The notes beneath the pieces are model-generated. The model did no database searches and was not told the origin of the DNA. It saw only the letters and a list, made by a program, of their open reading frames with translations. 64,000 nucleotides of DNA from Candidatus Heimdallarchaeota archaeon (lineage in GTDB: Archaea > Asgardarchaeota > Heimdallarchaeia > Heimdallarchaeales > Kariarchaeaceae), in contig JASBSB010000001.1 in assembly GCA_030149205.1 (NCBI GenBank), positions 134,357 through 198,356 on the forward strand, read 5' to 3'. The stretch's first letter is position 1, and every line of letters starts with the position of its first letter. This document shows positions 38,644 to 48,385 of the stretch, one piece after another. The position numbers and the translations under genes were made by a program.

Positions 38644-40047
38644 ATGTCTAGGGTAATTTCTCATCTACTAAGAGATATATCCAGCTTAACAAGATACCAT
38701 CAGGATGCATCTTCAAGGTTATGCTTTCTACTTGGTGCAAGAGAAGCAATAAGATTAATGATGGCTGTTAAAGATGCAGCAGAAAATCAATTTCTTATAT
38801 TAAATGTTCCACCCAAAGAAAAAAACATGGAGAGAGTAATGGAGAAGGTCATAAAGGAAATCAAGATTCAAGGTTATGAGTTTGAATTGAGAGAAGACTT
38901 AGGCAATGTTATAAGCATAAAGACCCGAGATCGAAAACTTGAACTTGAAAGAAGAATTGAAGAGGCCGAAAACGAAGAAGAGAAGAGTGAGATCCTTAAC
39001 AGGTTTGATATTGAATATGTTAAGCAGAAGGGAATTCCCACAGCAGTTGTTCGAAGGGAAGCATCAATTGCTGCCTCATTAGGCGCCTCTATTGTCTCTG
39101 GAGATATTCTACAGGATTCAAATATTCAACCACAACAGGAAGTTGTGATTCAAAACATCTACTATGACATTGTTGCTTATGGTATAGCTGAGCTAAGCAG
39201 TGAAGAGATAAAAAGATCTCCAAGAAGAATTGCCATCAGAACACTAGAAGGAAGGTTTGACACCTTTAATGTTCATCATCAAAAAAGGTTCAGGAATGGT
39301 CTTTACTCCGTCACAACTTTACCTAGAATTTTAGGTTTAAATTTGCTCAAATTTAAAAAATCTACTCCTGCAAACGTCTTGGTTATCGCAGAGGATAAAG
39401 GTGAAATTGCAGTTGAGCTTTTTAAGAAAGTACCTGAAGAATCACAAATTGCTATCGTCATCAATAATGACGCCCACCGAAGAGATGTGGTGGAGACAAT
39501 AGAACGACTGGGATTTGAAGAAAGCAACTTTAAATTCATCATTGATGGGATCGATAGATACGCTAAAAGCAGACCAAGGCGAAAATTTACACACTTCTTT
39601 ATTGAGTTTCCTTCATCAAACACGGGTATCCGACCTAACCCCTTTGTTGATTTAGAAGAAAAGAATATCATCAGCTATGCCAGAGGACAATTTCAGGGTA
39701 TACGTGCATTATCATTGCTTGGAACAAACGAATCACAGGTTGCTTATGTTTCCCATTCGATAGATCCAAGTGAAAATGAAGATATTGTGGTTCAATCGTT
39801 CAGGCAGGGTTACTTTTCACCTTTGGTTTTAACTGATGAACTAAGAAAAACCTATCCAATAATAATGCGAGCACTTCCAGAAATTCCCACAATTTCTCAA
39901 GGAGGAACAATTGATGGTTCCAGATTAAAGCAAGAAGAAATGTTTGCCTCCTGCTGGTTAGCAGTGGATCCGGAGATCCATAAATCAGATGCAGGGTTTG
40001 TTGCTTACTTTGAATTACTCCTTAAACCGAGTGGAAGAAGAAGATGA
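38644..40047 (+). CDS. NOL1/NOP2/Sun-family RNA m5C-methyltransferase homolog with degenerate catalytic motifs. It is a likely pseudo-enzyme.
   Basis: Motif IV reads FFIEFPSSNTGIRPNPF, against the consensus LLDAPCSGTGVIRRNPD. Motif VI reads QVAYVSHSIDPSENEDIVVQSF, against LVYSTCS..ENE.vV..fL. Motif II (AIVINNDAHRRDVVETIERLG) is conserved. Both catalytic Cys are replaced, by Ser and by His. The glycine-rich SAM motif is degenerate. Confidence 0.5.
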   Translation: MSRVISHLLRDISSLTRYHQDASSRLCFLLGAREAIRLMMAVKDAAENQFLILNVPPKEKNMERVMEKVIKEIKIQGYEFELREDLGNVISIKTRDRKLELERRIEEAENEEEKSEILNRFDIEYVKQKGIPTAVVRREASIAASLGASIVSGDILQDSNIQPQQEVVIQNIYYDIVAYGIAELSSEEIKRSPRRIAIRTLEGRFDTFNVHHQKRFRNGLYSVTTLPRILGLNLLKFKKSTPANVLVIAEDKGEIAVELFKKVPEESQIAIVINNDAHRRDVVETIERLGFEESNFKFIIDGIDRYAKSRPRRKFTHFFIEFPSSNTGIRPNPFVDLEEKNIISYARGQFQGIRALSLLGTNESQVAYVSHSIDPSENEDIVVQSFRQGYFSPLVLTDELRKTYPIIMRALPEIPTISQGGTIDGSRLKQEEMFASCWLAVDPEIHKSDAGFVAYFELLLKPSGRRR

Positions 40048-40102
40048 AATCAAGGTTACTTATACATTTATTCAAATAGGAATTTACCATAGGTCACTTA
40101 GA

Positions 40103-40819
40103 ATGACATTATCTTTAGTGAACGAGGAAGATTCAAACGATGTCATTTCTCCAATATTAAAATCATTCCTTGCAAAAGATTTGGCAGAGGATATCGGAGA
40201 AACACTCCTAGACATGATAAAGTTTAATGAGGTTTCCTTGTATAAGATTTCAAATGATAAGAAATTAATTGGATTCCTGATCCTAAATGAACAGATGGAT
40301 TTTGATGATGATGATAAACCGTTTAAACTATTAGTCATAGATGAAATTTGGGTCTTACCTGATGTTGACACAGACGATTCTTCTCTTCAAGAGATACCTG
40401 GAGAGGTCCTTAAAATTGCAGAAACTAAAAAAATTAAATTTATTGAGATTGTTGTTAACGAAGGAAACATGTGGTTGAATAGATTCTTAGAAGAACAAGG
40501 ATTCTTAATAAGGGAAATACAAGGAAGAAAAATTGTGCCACATCCAGATTATGTAGCCGACATCATGTCACTTATTGAGAGCACATTACCTGATGTGGAT
40601 AAACTTGTTGAACTTTCATTTTCAAAAGATGATGAGAACATCAACGAATTTGGCATCAGTACAGATGAGATAATTGAGTACCGTAATGAGGGATGGATAC
40701 CTGAATTAGTCAATGTTTATTACGAGGTCAATTCAAAGGATGCAAGTAAAATAATTTCTGAGACCAGTCAAATTATTAATTGGGATGAGATTCAGGTAGT
40801 ATTTAAGAATATACAATAG
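40103..40819 (+). CDS. Hypothetical acidic protein, possibly GNAT-like.
   Basis: The ORF is trimmed to the ATG at 40103 to avoid overlap with the upstream gene. The weak GNAT-like pattern is LIGFLIL...LLVIDEIWV...KIKFIEIVVNEGNMWLNRFLEEQGF. Confidence 0.3.
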   Translation: MTLSLVNEEDSNDVISPILKSFLAKDLAEDIGETLLDMIKFNEVSLYKISNDKKLIGFLILNEQMDFDDDDKPFKLLVIDEIWVLPDVDTDDSSLQEIPGEVLKIAETKKIKFIEIVVNEGNMWLNRFLEEQGFLIREIQGRKIVPHPDYVADIMSLIESTLPDVDKLVELSFSKDDENINEFGISTDEIIEYRNEGWIPELVNVYYEVNSKDASKIISETSQIINWDEIQVVFKNIQ

Positions 40820-40828
40820 GTGAGCTAA

Positions 40829-42430
40829 TTGGAAACTGATGAAAAGGTCACACATTGGACCGATAAGATAATTGATGAAGCTACGACAAAATTTGGTGGG
40901 AAGCATGTGATTATGGGAGGGTGGTCTCCCTCCGGAATTTTTCATATTGGAAATTCTAGAGAGATAATCACAGCAAATGCAATTAATAGAAAATTAAAGG
41001 ATTTAGGAATAACCTCAAATTTTGTTTTTGTAATTGACGATTTTGATGGACTAGAAAAAATTCCATCAACCCTAAAAAAATATAAAGGAAGCTTAAAAGA
41101 ATATATTGGTCATCCCTTATGTAGGGTTCCTGATCCAACTAAGCAATTTGCCTCATATAGTGAATTGTTTGCAAGTAGTCTCAAAGCAGCATGTAAAGAA
41201 TGGAACATTGATGTAGAGTTTTTAAATGCCTCTGACCTTTACAAGGAAGGAAAATATGATAAATTTTACAGTCTATATTTACAGAACTACCAGAAAGTTC
41301 AGGAGATCTTAAAGGATGTATCCGGGTCTGAATTATCCTCTTTTCTGATTGTCATTTGTCCGAACTGTGGTTCAAATAAGTCAACTGAGGTTCTCAAGAT
41401 GGATGATACCAAGATAAGTATAAAATGCCAAACATCAGGTCAATACAAAGGGTGTAACACCACGAGTGAAGTTTCCGTTGAGAGTCACGAGTGGAAATTG
41501 AAATGGAGATTAGATTGGCCTGCTAGACAAACATTTTGTGGTGTGACTATTGAACCTGCAGGTAAAGACCACTCTGTAGAAGGTGGATCCATAGATACCT
41601 CAATAGCCATCCATCGAGAAATATTAAACCATCAACCACCAGTCATGCCAAGGTATGGCTTCATTACTATTAACGGGAAAAAAATGAGTGGTAGCTCAGG
41701 GTTAGGATTACCAGTGGAAAAATTAAGTGAGATTGTTGATCCTAGCAGTTATTTATACCTGGTCTACAAAACTAACTTGACTAGAGATGTTGATTTTGAT
41801 TATAAGAGCATGAACTTACTAAATCTGATTGATGAATACATAGGTATCTGGAGGGATGAACTCTTTGGGGACAAATATGAAGGAACTACTCAACAGGTTA
41901 CTAAACTAAAGGCTGCGTTTTTGTTAACTAAAACCCCTTACCATGAGAAAAATAACCCATTATACATTAAAATGACTGAATTGTTGTTGTTGTACCAAAT
42001 TAGCTTGGAAAATTGGGATAGACTTCTAGATAAGCTAAAAAGCTTAGGAAAGTTAGAAGAGGATATTTCTCTGGAAGAGCTTTCTCTAAGACTTAAAAGA
42101 GCAATGAATTGGTTAAATACATATGGGCCAGATAACCTTAAATTTAAAATAAATGAAATTCCACCTGAAGGGGTCAACAAATATTGGACTAAGACTTACA
42201 AAGACATCTGGTTAGAGACTCTTAATACCCTTGATAAGAACAGTACCAAGGATGATATCTCAACTATATTGAGAGCAAAAGCAAACGAAAAACAGGTCCA
42301 ACCAAAGGAGTTGTTCAAACCCTTCTATCAACTGATTATCAGTAAAGACCGTGGCCCTAATGCTTCTCAATTGATTGTGTCATTGGGTTCTGAAACAGTC
42401 CTTAAGTTAATTTCTAAAATCGAAGTCTAA
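40829..42430 (+). CDS. lysK: Lysine--tRNA ligase, class I (archaeal LysRS-I).
   Basis: The HIGH motif is HIGNSRE. The KMSKS-like motif is KMSGSSG. A zinc-binding Cys cluster (CPNCGSNK...C) is present. The protein is 533 aa. Confidence 0.85.
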   Translation: METDEKVTHWTDKIIDEATTKFGGKHVIMGGWSPSGIFHIGNSREIITANAINRKLKDLGITSNFVFVIDDFDGLEKIPSTLKKYKGSLKEYIGHPLCRVPDPTKQFASYSELFASSLKAACKEWNIDVEFLNASDLYKEGKYDKFYSLYLQNYQKVQEILKDVSGSELSSFLIVICPNCGSNKSTEVLKMDDTKISIKCQTSGQYKGCNTTSEVSVESHEWKLKWRLDWPARQTFCGVTIEPAGKDHSVEGGSIDTSIAIHREILNHQPPVMPRYGFITINGKKMSGSSGLGLPVEKLSEIVDPSSYLYLVYKTNLTRDVDFDYKSMNLLNLIDEYIGIWRDELFGDKYEGTTQQVTKLKAAFLLTKTPYHEKNNPLYIKMTELLLLYQISLENWDRLLDKLKSLGKLEEDISLEELSLRLKRAMNWLNTYGPDNLKFKINEIPPEGVNKYWTKTYKDIWLETLNTLDKNSTKDDISTILRAKANEKQVQPKELFKPFYQLIISKDRGPNASQLIVSLGSETVLKLISKIEV

Positions 42431-42455
42431 TGTTTTTAGTTAAATTTTACTAATT

Positions 42456-43553
42456 CTAGTAAGATGGAGGTAAAATTTGATCAATTTTTGAAATATATTC
42501 CCTTAATTCTTCGTTAATCTCTTTCACTTCAATCCTGTCTTTAACCGTGATTTCAAGTTTGTTCACTATTTCATCCAACCCTTGGATTATATTTCTTACT
42601 GCTTCCTGATTTAGTTGGTTGTTTTCAATAATCTGTTCAACATCAAAATTAATATCTGACCTAATTGTTGAATAGGACTCTGCGAACTTTATAGATAATT
42701 GCTCCAGATTTTTAAATACCTCTCGACTGTTGGATGATATTTCTTGGAATTGTTCTTGTTCAAGATTTGCCGATTCTATAGCAATATTGATTGTGATCAG
42801 ATTCAAGCTTTCTGTAATTTCACGCATTTCTTCAGCCATTTCACCAAATGAAATTTCATATTCCTCTCTCCAAGACTTGGTTTGATTATAAATTTCCCTT
42901 AGATCATTAAGAAAAATCTGTTGATTGGATAAAAACCCTGAAAATTGGTTCAGGAGTTCCTGATAATTAAAGGTTCTTTGGTTTGTCTCACTGATTTTTC
43001 TCTCAACATCATTCACCCTCTCTTTTAATTTGTCAAAATATTGGTTTGCCATGTCAATTCTGTTCGCAATCTCCATGGTTGCCGAGTTGAAGGTCTTGGC
43101 AAACATTCGAAATTCAAAAGCACCCAACTCTATAAATCTAACAAAAAGTGCCTTATTTCCATACATGTCTAAGGCAGCTGTGATTTGTTGTACCGGAAAA
43201 ATTAACTGTTCTTCTACACCTCTTTTGCTGATAATGAAAAACAACAATCCAATAACAATGAGTGACAAACTCAACGCTAAAACGTCCCAACCAGCAATCC
43301 ATGATAAAAATCCATTGCTTGATATAGTGTCAGGAGAAACCAGTCTATTATTGAGCAATTCGAAAATTCCAATCCCTAAAAGAATACCACCTACAAAATT
43401 AAGGAAGGTCAACCTCCTTTCTAACCTCTTTATTCCACCTGATGGGTACTTCATTGAATTTAGGATTGTAAATATTCCTACCACAATTAGCAATAAAAAC
43501 ACAATTACGGCAGTGATTTGAAAGACCATGATTGTTGTTAAGATAATAATCAA
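42456..43553 (-). CDS. Membrane protein with four N-terminal TM helices and a long cytoplasmic coiled coil.
   Basis: It is a 365-aa ORF with hydrophobic N-terminal segments and heptad-rich C-terminal two-thirds. No MCP signalling motif was seen. Confidence 0.45.
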   Translation of the reverse strand: MIIILTTIMVFQITAVIVFLLLIVVGIFTILNSMKYPSGGIKRLERRLTFLNFVGGILLGIGIFELLNNRLVSPDTISSNGFLSWIAGWDVLALSLSLIVIGLLFFIISKRGVEEQLIFPVQQITAALDMYGNKALFVRFIELGAFEFRMFAKTFNSATMEIANRIDMANQYFDKLKERVNDVERKISETNQRTFNYQELLNQFSGFLSNQQIFLNDLREIYNQTKSWREEYEISFGEMAEEMREITESLNLITINIAIESANLEQEQFQEISSNSREVFKNLEQLSIKFAESYSTIRSDINFDVEQIIENNQLNQEAVRNIIQGLDEIVNKLEITVKDRIEVKEINEELREYISKIDQILPPSY

Positions 43554-43608
43554 TTAAATTCTTTGGGTGAACCTTATGTGAAAGCTTGATTTACTCTTAT
43601 GAATTGAT

Positions 43609-44067
43609 TTATGTTGATGGTTGGTTCGGACGAATTTTACCTAGATACAAATAAATTATATTTACAATTGCTATAAAGTCGATACTTGATGTTATAAGTA
43701 TTGGAGGATAGAACAATAAGCCTTCATAAATAATCAAAGACATGTTTAATGTCAGATCAAAGACAAACCCCAATAGAAATCCAACACTTCCTATAAGCAG
43801 TGATCTGGTGGATTTCACCCTATCCCAAAATTGAGAAATGATCCCAATGAAAAAAAGCCCAACTAAGGAGACGAGGTAAATAACCTGTCCAATTGTCCAA
43901 GAGAATGTGGAAACATCCAGTATAACCACCAAAATGGAGTAATAGACCAATATTTGTCCTGTATCTGAGGTTTTTAGCCAAAGTATCCATAATCTTTTAG
44001 CCCTTGGAGGAAGGTTCCGTATGAATGTGAGTAGATTTTTGAGGAGAGACCTTAAAATTGACAACAA
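43609..44067 (-). CDS. Small integral membrane protein.
   Basis: It is 152 aa with about 4 TM helices. Confidence 0.4.
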   Translation of the reverse strand: MLSILRSLLKNLLTFIRNLPPRAKRLWILWLKTSDTGQILVYYSILVVILDVSTFSWTIGQVIYLVSLVGLFFIGIISQFWDRVKSTRSLLIGSVGFLLGFVFDLTLNMSLIIYEGLLFYPPILITSSIDFIAIVNIIYLYLGKIRPNQPST

Positions 44068-44109
44068 TTAAAATTTACTATACACTCTTTTATCTTTTTT
44101 GATGACGAT

Positions 44110-44439
44110 TTAAGAAGCTGCAACATTAATTCCCCATTTAATTGGCTTAGGAGAGTTAATAAAAATTGTTGGTAGTTTGATTAATTTAGCTTGAAGTAAG
44201 GTCAAAGTTGATGCCTTATAGATTGTCGAACAGGTAGGACATTTAAATAGACACCTCTCAATCGCCACTTGTCCCTCAGCTATCGCAAGCTCTTGATGTG
44301 TTCGTGGGAAAATTATTGGCGAAAACTCCTGGCCACAAGTGTCATTCTTGCAGTGAAATAATTCATCTTTGTCCAAATCAGGAGGTAGTTCCATTGGTAT
44401 ATTCAGTTTCAACACCTGAAGTATATAAACTTGTGCCAA
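44110..44439 (-). CDS. Small zinc-ribbon protein.
   Basis: The 109-aa ORF has two CxxC pairs (CKNDTC...CPTC). Confidence 0.35.
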   Translation of the reverse strand: MAQVYILQVLKLNIPMELPPDLDKDELFHCKNDTCGQEFSPIIFPRTHQELAIAEGQVAIERCLFKCPTCSTIYKASTLTLLQAKLIKLPTIFINSPKPIKWGINVAAS

Positions 44440-44603
44440 ATGAATTTTTATATCACAAAATCTTTCGAAATCCGCGCAGTTTAACCTTAAAAAGCGCTTT
44501 TTTTCAGGGTTTTTGACTGTAGAGCGCGCGCTTTGGTTTTTTTATTGAGAAAACCAGTAAAAAATGGGTCTAATCTTGTTCATACCTAATATGAAAGAAC
44601 TAG

Positions 44604-45062
44604 CTAGTGACCCTCAGTTTCGAAGTTTCTGGCTGTTTTTGACAGCACCACATAGGTGTTAGTGTCTTTAACACCAGGGATCCTTCGAATATCTTCTATT
44701 CCTCTTTTTAGAAGTACATCTTTTTGGGTATTCAAGATAACAAACAAATCAATTTCACCTGTAACCTCATAGATTGCCTCAATACCATCTCCAACCTTCT
44801 TAATAATTTCATCTTTGATAGTCGTTGGTTCAACAGTACCTCCAATCACAACACCAACTACTGCACGTATTCCAGAAAGACGGTCGGTCAGTTCTATGGT
44901 AAACCGTTCAATTACACCGTTTTCCTTTAGTTTTTTAATTCTCTTCCTCACAGCTCCCTCCGTAATATCTAACTGACGAGCAATAACAGTGTTCTTTTCT
45001 CTGGCATTTGAAGTGAGGATCTGTAGGATTTTCTGATCAATCTTGTCAAGCATCTCTGACAT
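44604..45062 (-). CDS. Lrp/AsnC-family transcriptional regulator.
   Basis: It has an HTH (DKIDQKILQILTSNAREKNTVIARQLDITEGAVRKRIKKL) and a RAM domain. The start is placed at MSEML, with a TATA-like TTTATATA about 28-35 nt upstream. Confidence 0.75.
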   Translation of the reverse strand: MSEMLDKIDQKILQILTSNAREKNTVIARQLDITEGAVRKRIKKLKENGVIERFTIELTDRLSGIRAVVGVVIGGTVEPTTIKDEIIKKVGDGIEAIYEVTGEIDLFVILNTQKDVLLKRGIEDIRRIPGVKDTNTYVVLSKTARNFETEGH

Positions 45063-45089
45063 TGGAATCAGTTGTTCATATTTGACAGA

Positions 45090-45097
45090 CATATATA
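45090..45097 (-). promoter_or_regulatory. Putative TATA box of the Lrp/AsnC gene.
   Basis: The minus strand reads ...aataatttatatatgtctgtcaaatatgaacaactgattccaATG. The TTTATATA lies just upstream of the chosen start. Confidence 0.3.
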
Positions 45098-45241
45098 AAT
45101 TATTTGAACTTACGAATTTCGTTTGTATGAAAAAAAAATGCATTGAAATCAACTGGTATGATACCTGTACATTTCCCAAATGAAGCACTAAAAGAATGAT
45201 AGAATACGATTTTCAGCCAAATGTGAAGTTTTTCGTAGTTT

Positions 45242-45475
45242 TTATACGATTTCAGACCTGATTCTAACAAGTTTGCTATGAGGAACAAAATTTATTCGAT
45301 TTTTTGCAATACGTGCCATTTCCTCAAAGGTAACACCTGCCAAATCGATTGCTAAGATTTTACAGTCAGATATAGAATTTACTTTACCAGCTTCCTCAAT
45401 GAAGATAGTGTACTCATTTTTCCTTTTCTCTGTTAGCTGTTGCATATGAACTGCACCATAATTCCCAGAAGTCAT
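45242..45475 (-). CDS. Hypothetical small protein.
   Basis: It is a 77-aa ORF with no motif. Confidence 0.3.
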   Translation of the reverse strand: MTSGNYGAVHMQQLTEKRKNEYTIFIEEAGKVNSISDCKILAIDLAGVTFEEMARIAKNRINFVPHSKLVRIRSEIV

Positions 45476-45603
45476 AAAATTTAGTTATTATATACGAATA
45501 AAAATTTTGTTAGGGAAGGGATACTATTTTTACAATTCATAGATGATATATGACAGGTTCAATTTAACAAAACTTCTAAACGCAATTACGGTAATCATGA
45601 TGA

Positions 45604-46530
45604 TTGAAGGCAAATTTACGCGCAGAGTACATCTTGCTCATTGGAATTCTAGCGGTCACTTCATCCAGCTTCATTATTCTTGCTGCTTATGAACCAAGTG
45701 GTGCACAGGTCGATAGGGTGAGTCTTGCTTTTGTTAGAGTTCTTTTTACAGCTTTGTTAAGTTTGACCATAGTTTGGATAAGAAGGAGCAAAACTCACAA
45801 ACTTGTGAAACATACCTACTCAAAGAAAGATTTCTTAGTAATCTCAAGCTCTGGACTAGCATTAGCTCTCCATTTCTCGTTTTGGTTCATTTCTTTGGAC
45901 TATCTCCCAATTGGTGTGTCTTTAGCACTTACAAACACAGCTCCAATTTGGATACTTGCATTTATGTTTATCTTTTATCGAGAAGTCCAAAAAGTTAAAC
46001 AAGTGATTGGGGTTTTAGTGGGAGTGGGAGGAGCAGTGGTGCTTAGTGTCAACAACTTGACATTGTTTTTAGACAAAGGACTTTCTTTGGGTGCACTCTT
46101 AGCTCTAATTTCTGCTTTTGGACTGGCTATATACTTGGCTCTTGCAAAGTATGGTGTGGACAAGTTTGGGCTATGGTTATATTTTGGGCAGGTTAATCTG
46201 GTTGCTGCGGTTGGGCTTTATATTTATTTAACAATTTCTGGAAATTTATCTCACGTCAGTCTTATGGCGATCACTTATGGACTTAGTCTGGCTTTAATCC
46301 CAGGACTACTTGGTCACGCATCATTTCAATATTCAATGAGCAAACTTCCCTCATCACTGGTGTCTATAGCAACTTTGGGAGAACCTCTTCTTGGAGCACT
46401 GTTTGCTTGGTTCATCTTCTCGCAAAAATTATCATTTGTTGAGGTCGTAGGGATGTTGTTAATCCCTATGGGCGTATTTTTAACACTTAATTTCAATGGA
46501 GATTCCCCCATTAATTATGAAGATCAATGA
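45604..46530 (+). CDS. EamA/DMT-superfamily transporter.
   Basis: It has ten TM helices arranged as two five-helix EamA repeats. Confidence 0.6.
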   Translation: MKANLRAEYILLIGILAVTSSSFIILAAYEPSGAQVDRVSLAFVRVLFTALLSLTIVWIRRSKTHKLVKHTYSKKDFLVISSSGLALALHFSFWFISLDYLPIGVSLALTNTAPIWILAFMFIFYREVQKVKQVIGVLVGVGGAVVLSVNNLTLFLDKGLSLGALLALISAFGLAIYLALAKYGVDKFGLWLYFGQVNLVAAVGLYIYLTISGNLSHVSLMAITYGLSLALIPGLLGHASFQYSMSKLPSSLVSIATLGEPLLGALFAWFIFSQKLSFVEVVGMLLIPMGVFLTLNFNGDSPINYEDQ

Positions 46531-46756
46531 GAGAATTGGCGGTACAATTATACCATTGGTAATTTACAAAAGGTATCAATCCTTCTAATTTCTAACAACT
46601 TCAGCCAATTTAGCTGTAAATTAGAAATTTAGTAAATTATTGCTTATTCATCATCACAATAATTTGGTTGAAGCTTTGCACCATATCTTTAAATTTAAAA
46701 TAGAAATTGATATAATTTAATTAGAAGTTCCAAAACAAAACTGTGGAGGATAAATT

Positions 46757-48385
46757 ATGAGTTTAACAGGACAACCAGTAATCATACTCAGAGAAGGCAC
46801 AACCAGAACAAAAGGAAAAGATGCTTTAAGAAACAATATTCAAGCTGCAAAAGTCATTGCAGAAGCTGTAAGATCTGCCCTAGGTCCAAAAGGTATGGAT
46901 AAGATGTTAGTTGATGGGTTTGGAGATGTTGTCATCACAAATGATGGTGCAACAATACTCAAAGAAATTGACGTTCAACATCCTGGGGCCAAGTTTGTTG
47001 TAGAACTTGCAAAAACACAGGATCAAGAGGTGGGTGATGGAACAACAAGTGTCGTTGTCCTCGCCGGTGAATTATTGAAGAAAAGTGAAGACCTTCTTGA
47101 TCAAAACATTCACCCAACAGTTATAGTTGAAGGATACAGACTTGCGAGAGAAAAGTCTCTGAACATTTTGAAGGAAAATTCCATCAAGGTGGATGTAAAT
47201 GACAGAAAACAATTAATTAATATCGCAAAAACATCAATGTCATCAAAGATAGTTTCTAATCAAAGTGACTTTCTTGCAGATTTAGTTGTAGACGCTATTC
47301 TTTCAGTTGCTGAGAAAAAGGAAGATGGGACATACACTGTAGATTTAGACAAAGTCGTGAAGGTTAAAAAAGTTGGTGAGAATTTAGAGAAATCAGAACT
47401 GGTTAAAGGATTAGTGCTTGATAAAGAGGGAGTTCACCCTGATATGCCTAACTATGTGAAGAATGCAAAAATTCTTGTGGTTAATTCTGCCTTAGAAATC
47501 ACTAAAACTGAATTTGATGCCAAGCTAACAATTTCTACTCCTGAAGAAGTTAAAAGCTTCTTGAAACGAGAAAAAGAGATGTTAAGAGAGATGGCTGATA
47601 AAGTTATTAACTCAGGAGCTAATGTTATCTTTACCCAAAAAGGGATTGATGATAATGTTCAACATTACCTTGCGGAGAAAAACATTCTTGCAGTAAGAAG
47701 GGTTAAGAAATCAGATATTTCAAGAATTTCTGAAATTAGTGGAGCCACAATTGTTACAAACATTAATGACATTGAAAAGTCTTACTTAGGTTCTGCTGGT
47801 TTAATTGAACAGGTTCCAATTGGTGGAGATGAGGTCATGGTATTAAGAGAAGCACCTCATGGTTCCGTAGTAACCCTTCTGATCAGAGGAAGTACAGAAT
47901 TCGTGCTTGATGAATATGAGAGATCAATCCATGATGCACTATCTGTAGTTCGAAACATTGTTGAGGATCAAGAACTTGTGTCCGGAGGAGGTGCAGTTGA
48001 ACTCCTTCTATCAAGAAAATTAAATGAGTTTGCAGATACTCAATCACCAAAAGTACAACTTGCAATTAGAGCATTTTCTCAGGCGTTACTGGCCATACCA
48101 AAAGCATTATCAGAAAATGCTGGTTTAGACCCCATTGAAATCATTGGTGAAATGAACAAAAAATTTGCCGAAGATAAAACCTCATTTGGTATCAATCCAT
48201 ATACAGGGAAAATAGATGATATGGCTGTTTTAGGTGTCTTAGAACCACTGAGGGTTAAATACCAAGCAATCTCTTCCGCTTCTGAAGCGGCTTCCATTTT
48301 GCTCAGAATTGACGACGTCGTTTCTGCAAAAGACCTTGGAGGATCTCCAGCCCCACCAGGTGGAGATATGGGAATGGACTATTAG
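46757..48385 (+). CDS. ths: Thermosome subunit (group II chaperonin).
   Basis: The sequences [18 protein letters not shown] and GDGTTS are present, and the C-terminal GGM-like tail is GGDMGMDY. There is a GGAGG Shine-Dalgarno 8 nt upstream. The local GC content is high. Confidence 0.9.
   Translation: MSLTGQPVIILREGTTRTKGKDALRNNIQAAKVIAEAVRSALGPKGMDKMLVDGFGDVVITNDGATILKEIDVQHPGAKFVVELAKTQDQEVGDGTTSVVVLAGELLKKSEDLLDQNIHPTVIVEGYRLAREKSLNILKENSIKVDVNDRKQLINIAKTSMSSKIVSNQSDFLADLVVDAILSVAEKKEDGTYTVDLDKVVKVKKVGENLEKSELVKGLVLDKEGVHPDMPNYVKNAKILVVNSALEITKTEFDAKLTISTPEEVKSFLKREKEMLREMADKVINSGANVIFTQKGIDDNVQHYLAEKNILAVRRVKKSDISRISEISGATIVTNINDIEKSYLGSAGLIEQVPIGGDEVMVLREAPHGSVVTLLIRGSTEFVLDEYERSIHDALSVVRNIVEDQELVSGGGAVELLLSRKLNEFADTQSPKVQLAIRAFSQALLAIPKALSENAGLDPIEIIGEMNKKFAEDKTSFGINPYTGKIDDMAVLGVLEPLRVKYQAISSASEAASILLRIDDVVSAKDLGGSPAPPGGDMGMDY

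Noticed and set aside
39989-40102. The 5' extension of the 276-aa ORF overlapping the Sun-like gene by 59 nt.
   Set aside because: An in-frame ATG at 40103 gives a non-overlapping gene. The extension has no conserved features.
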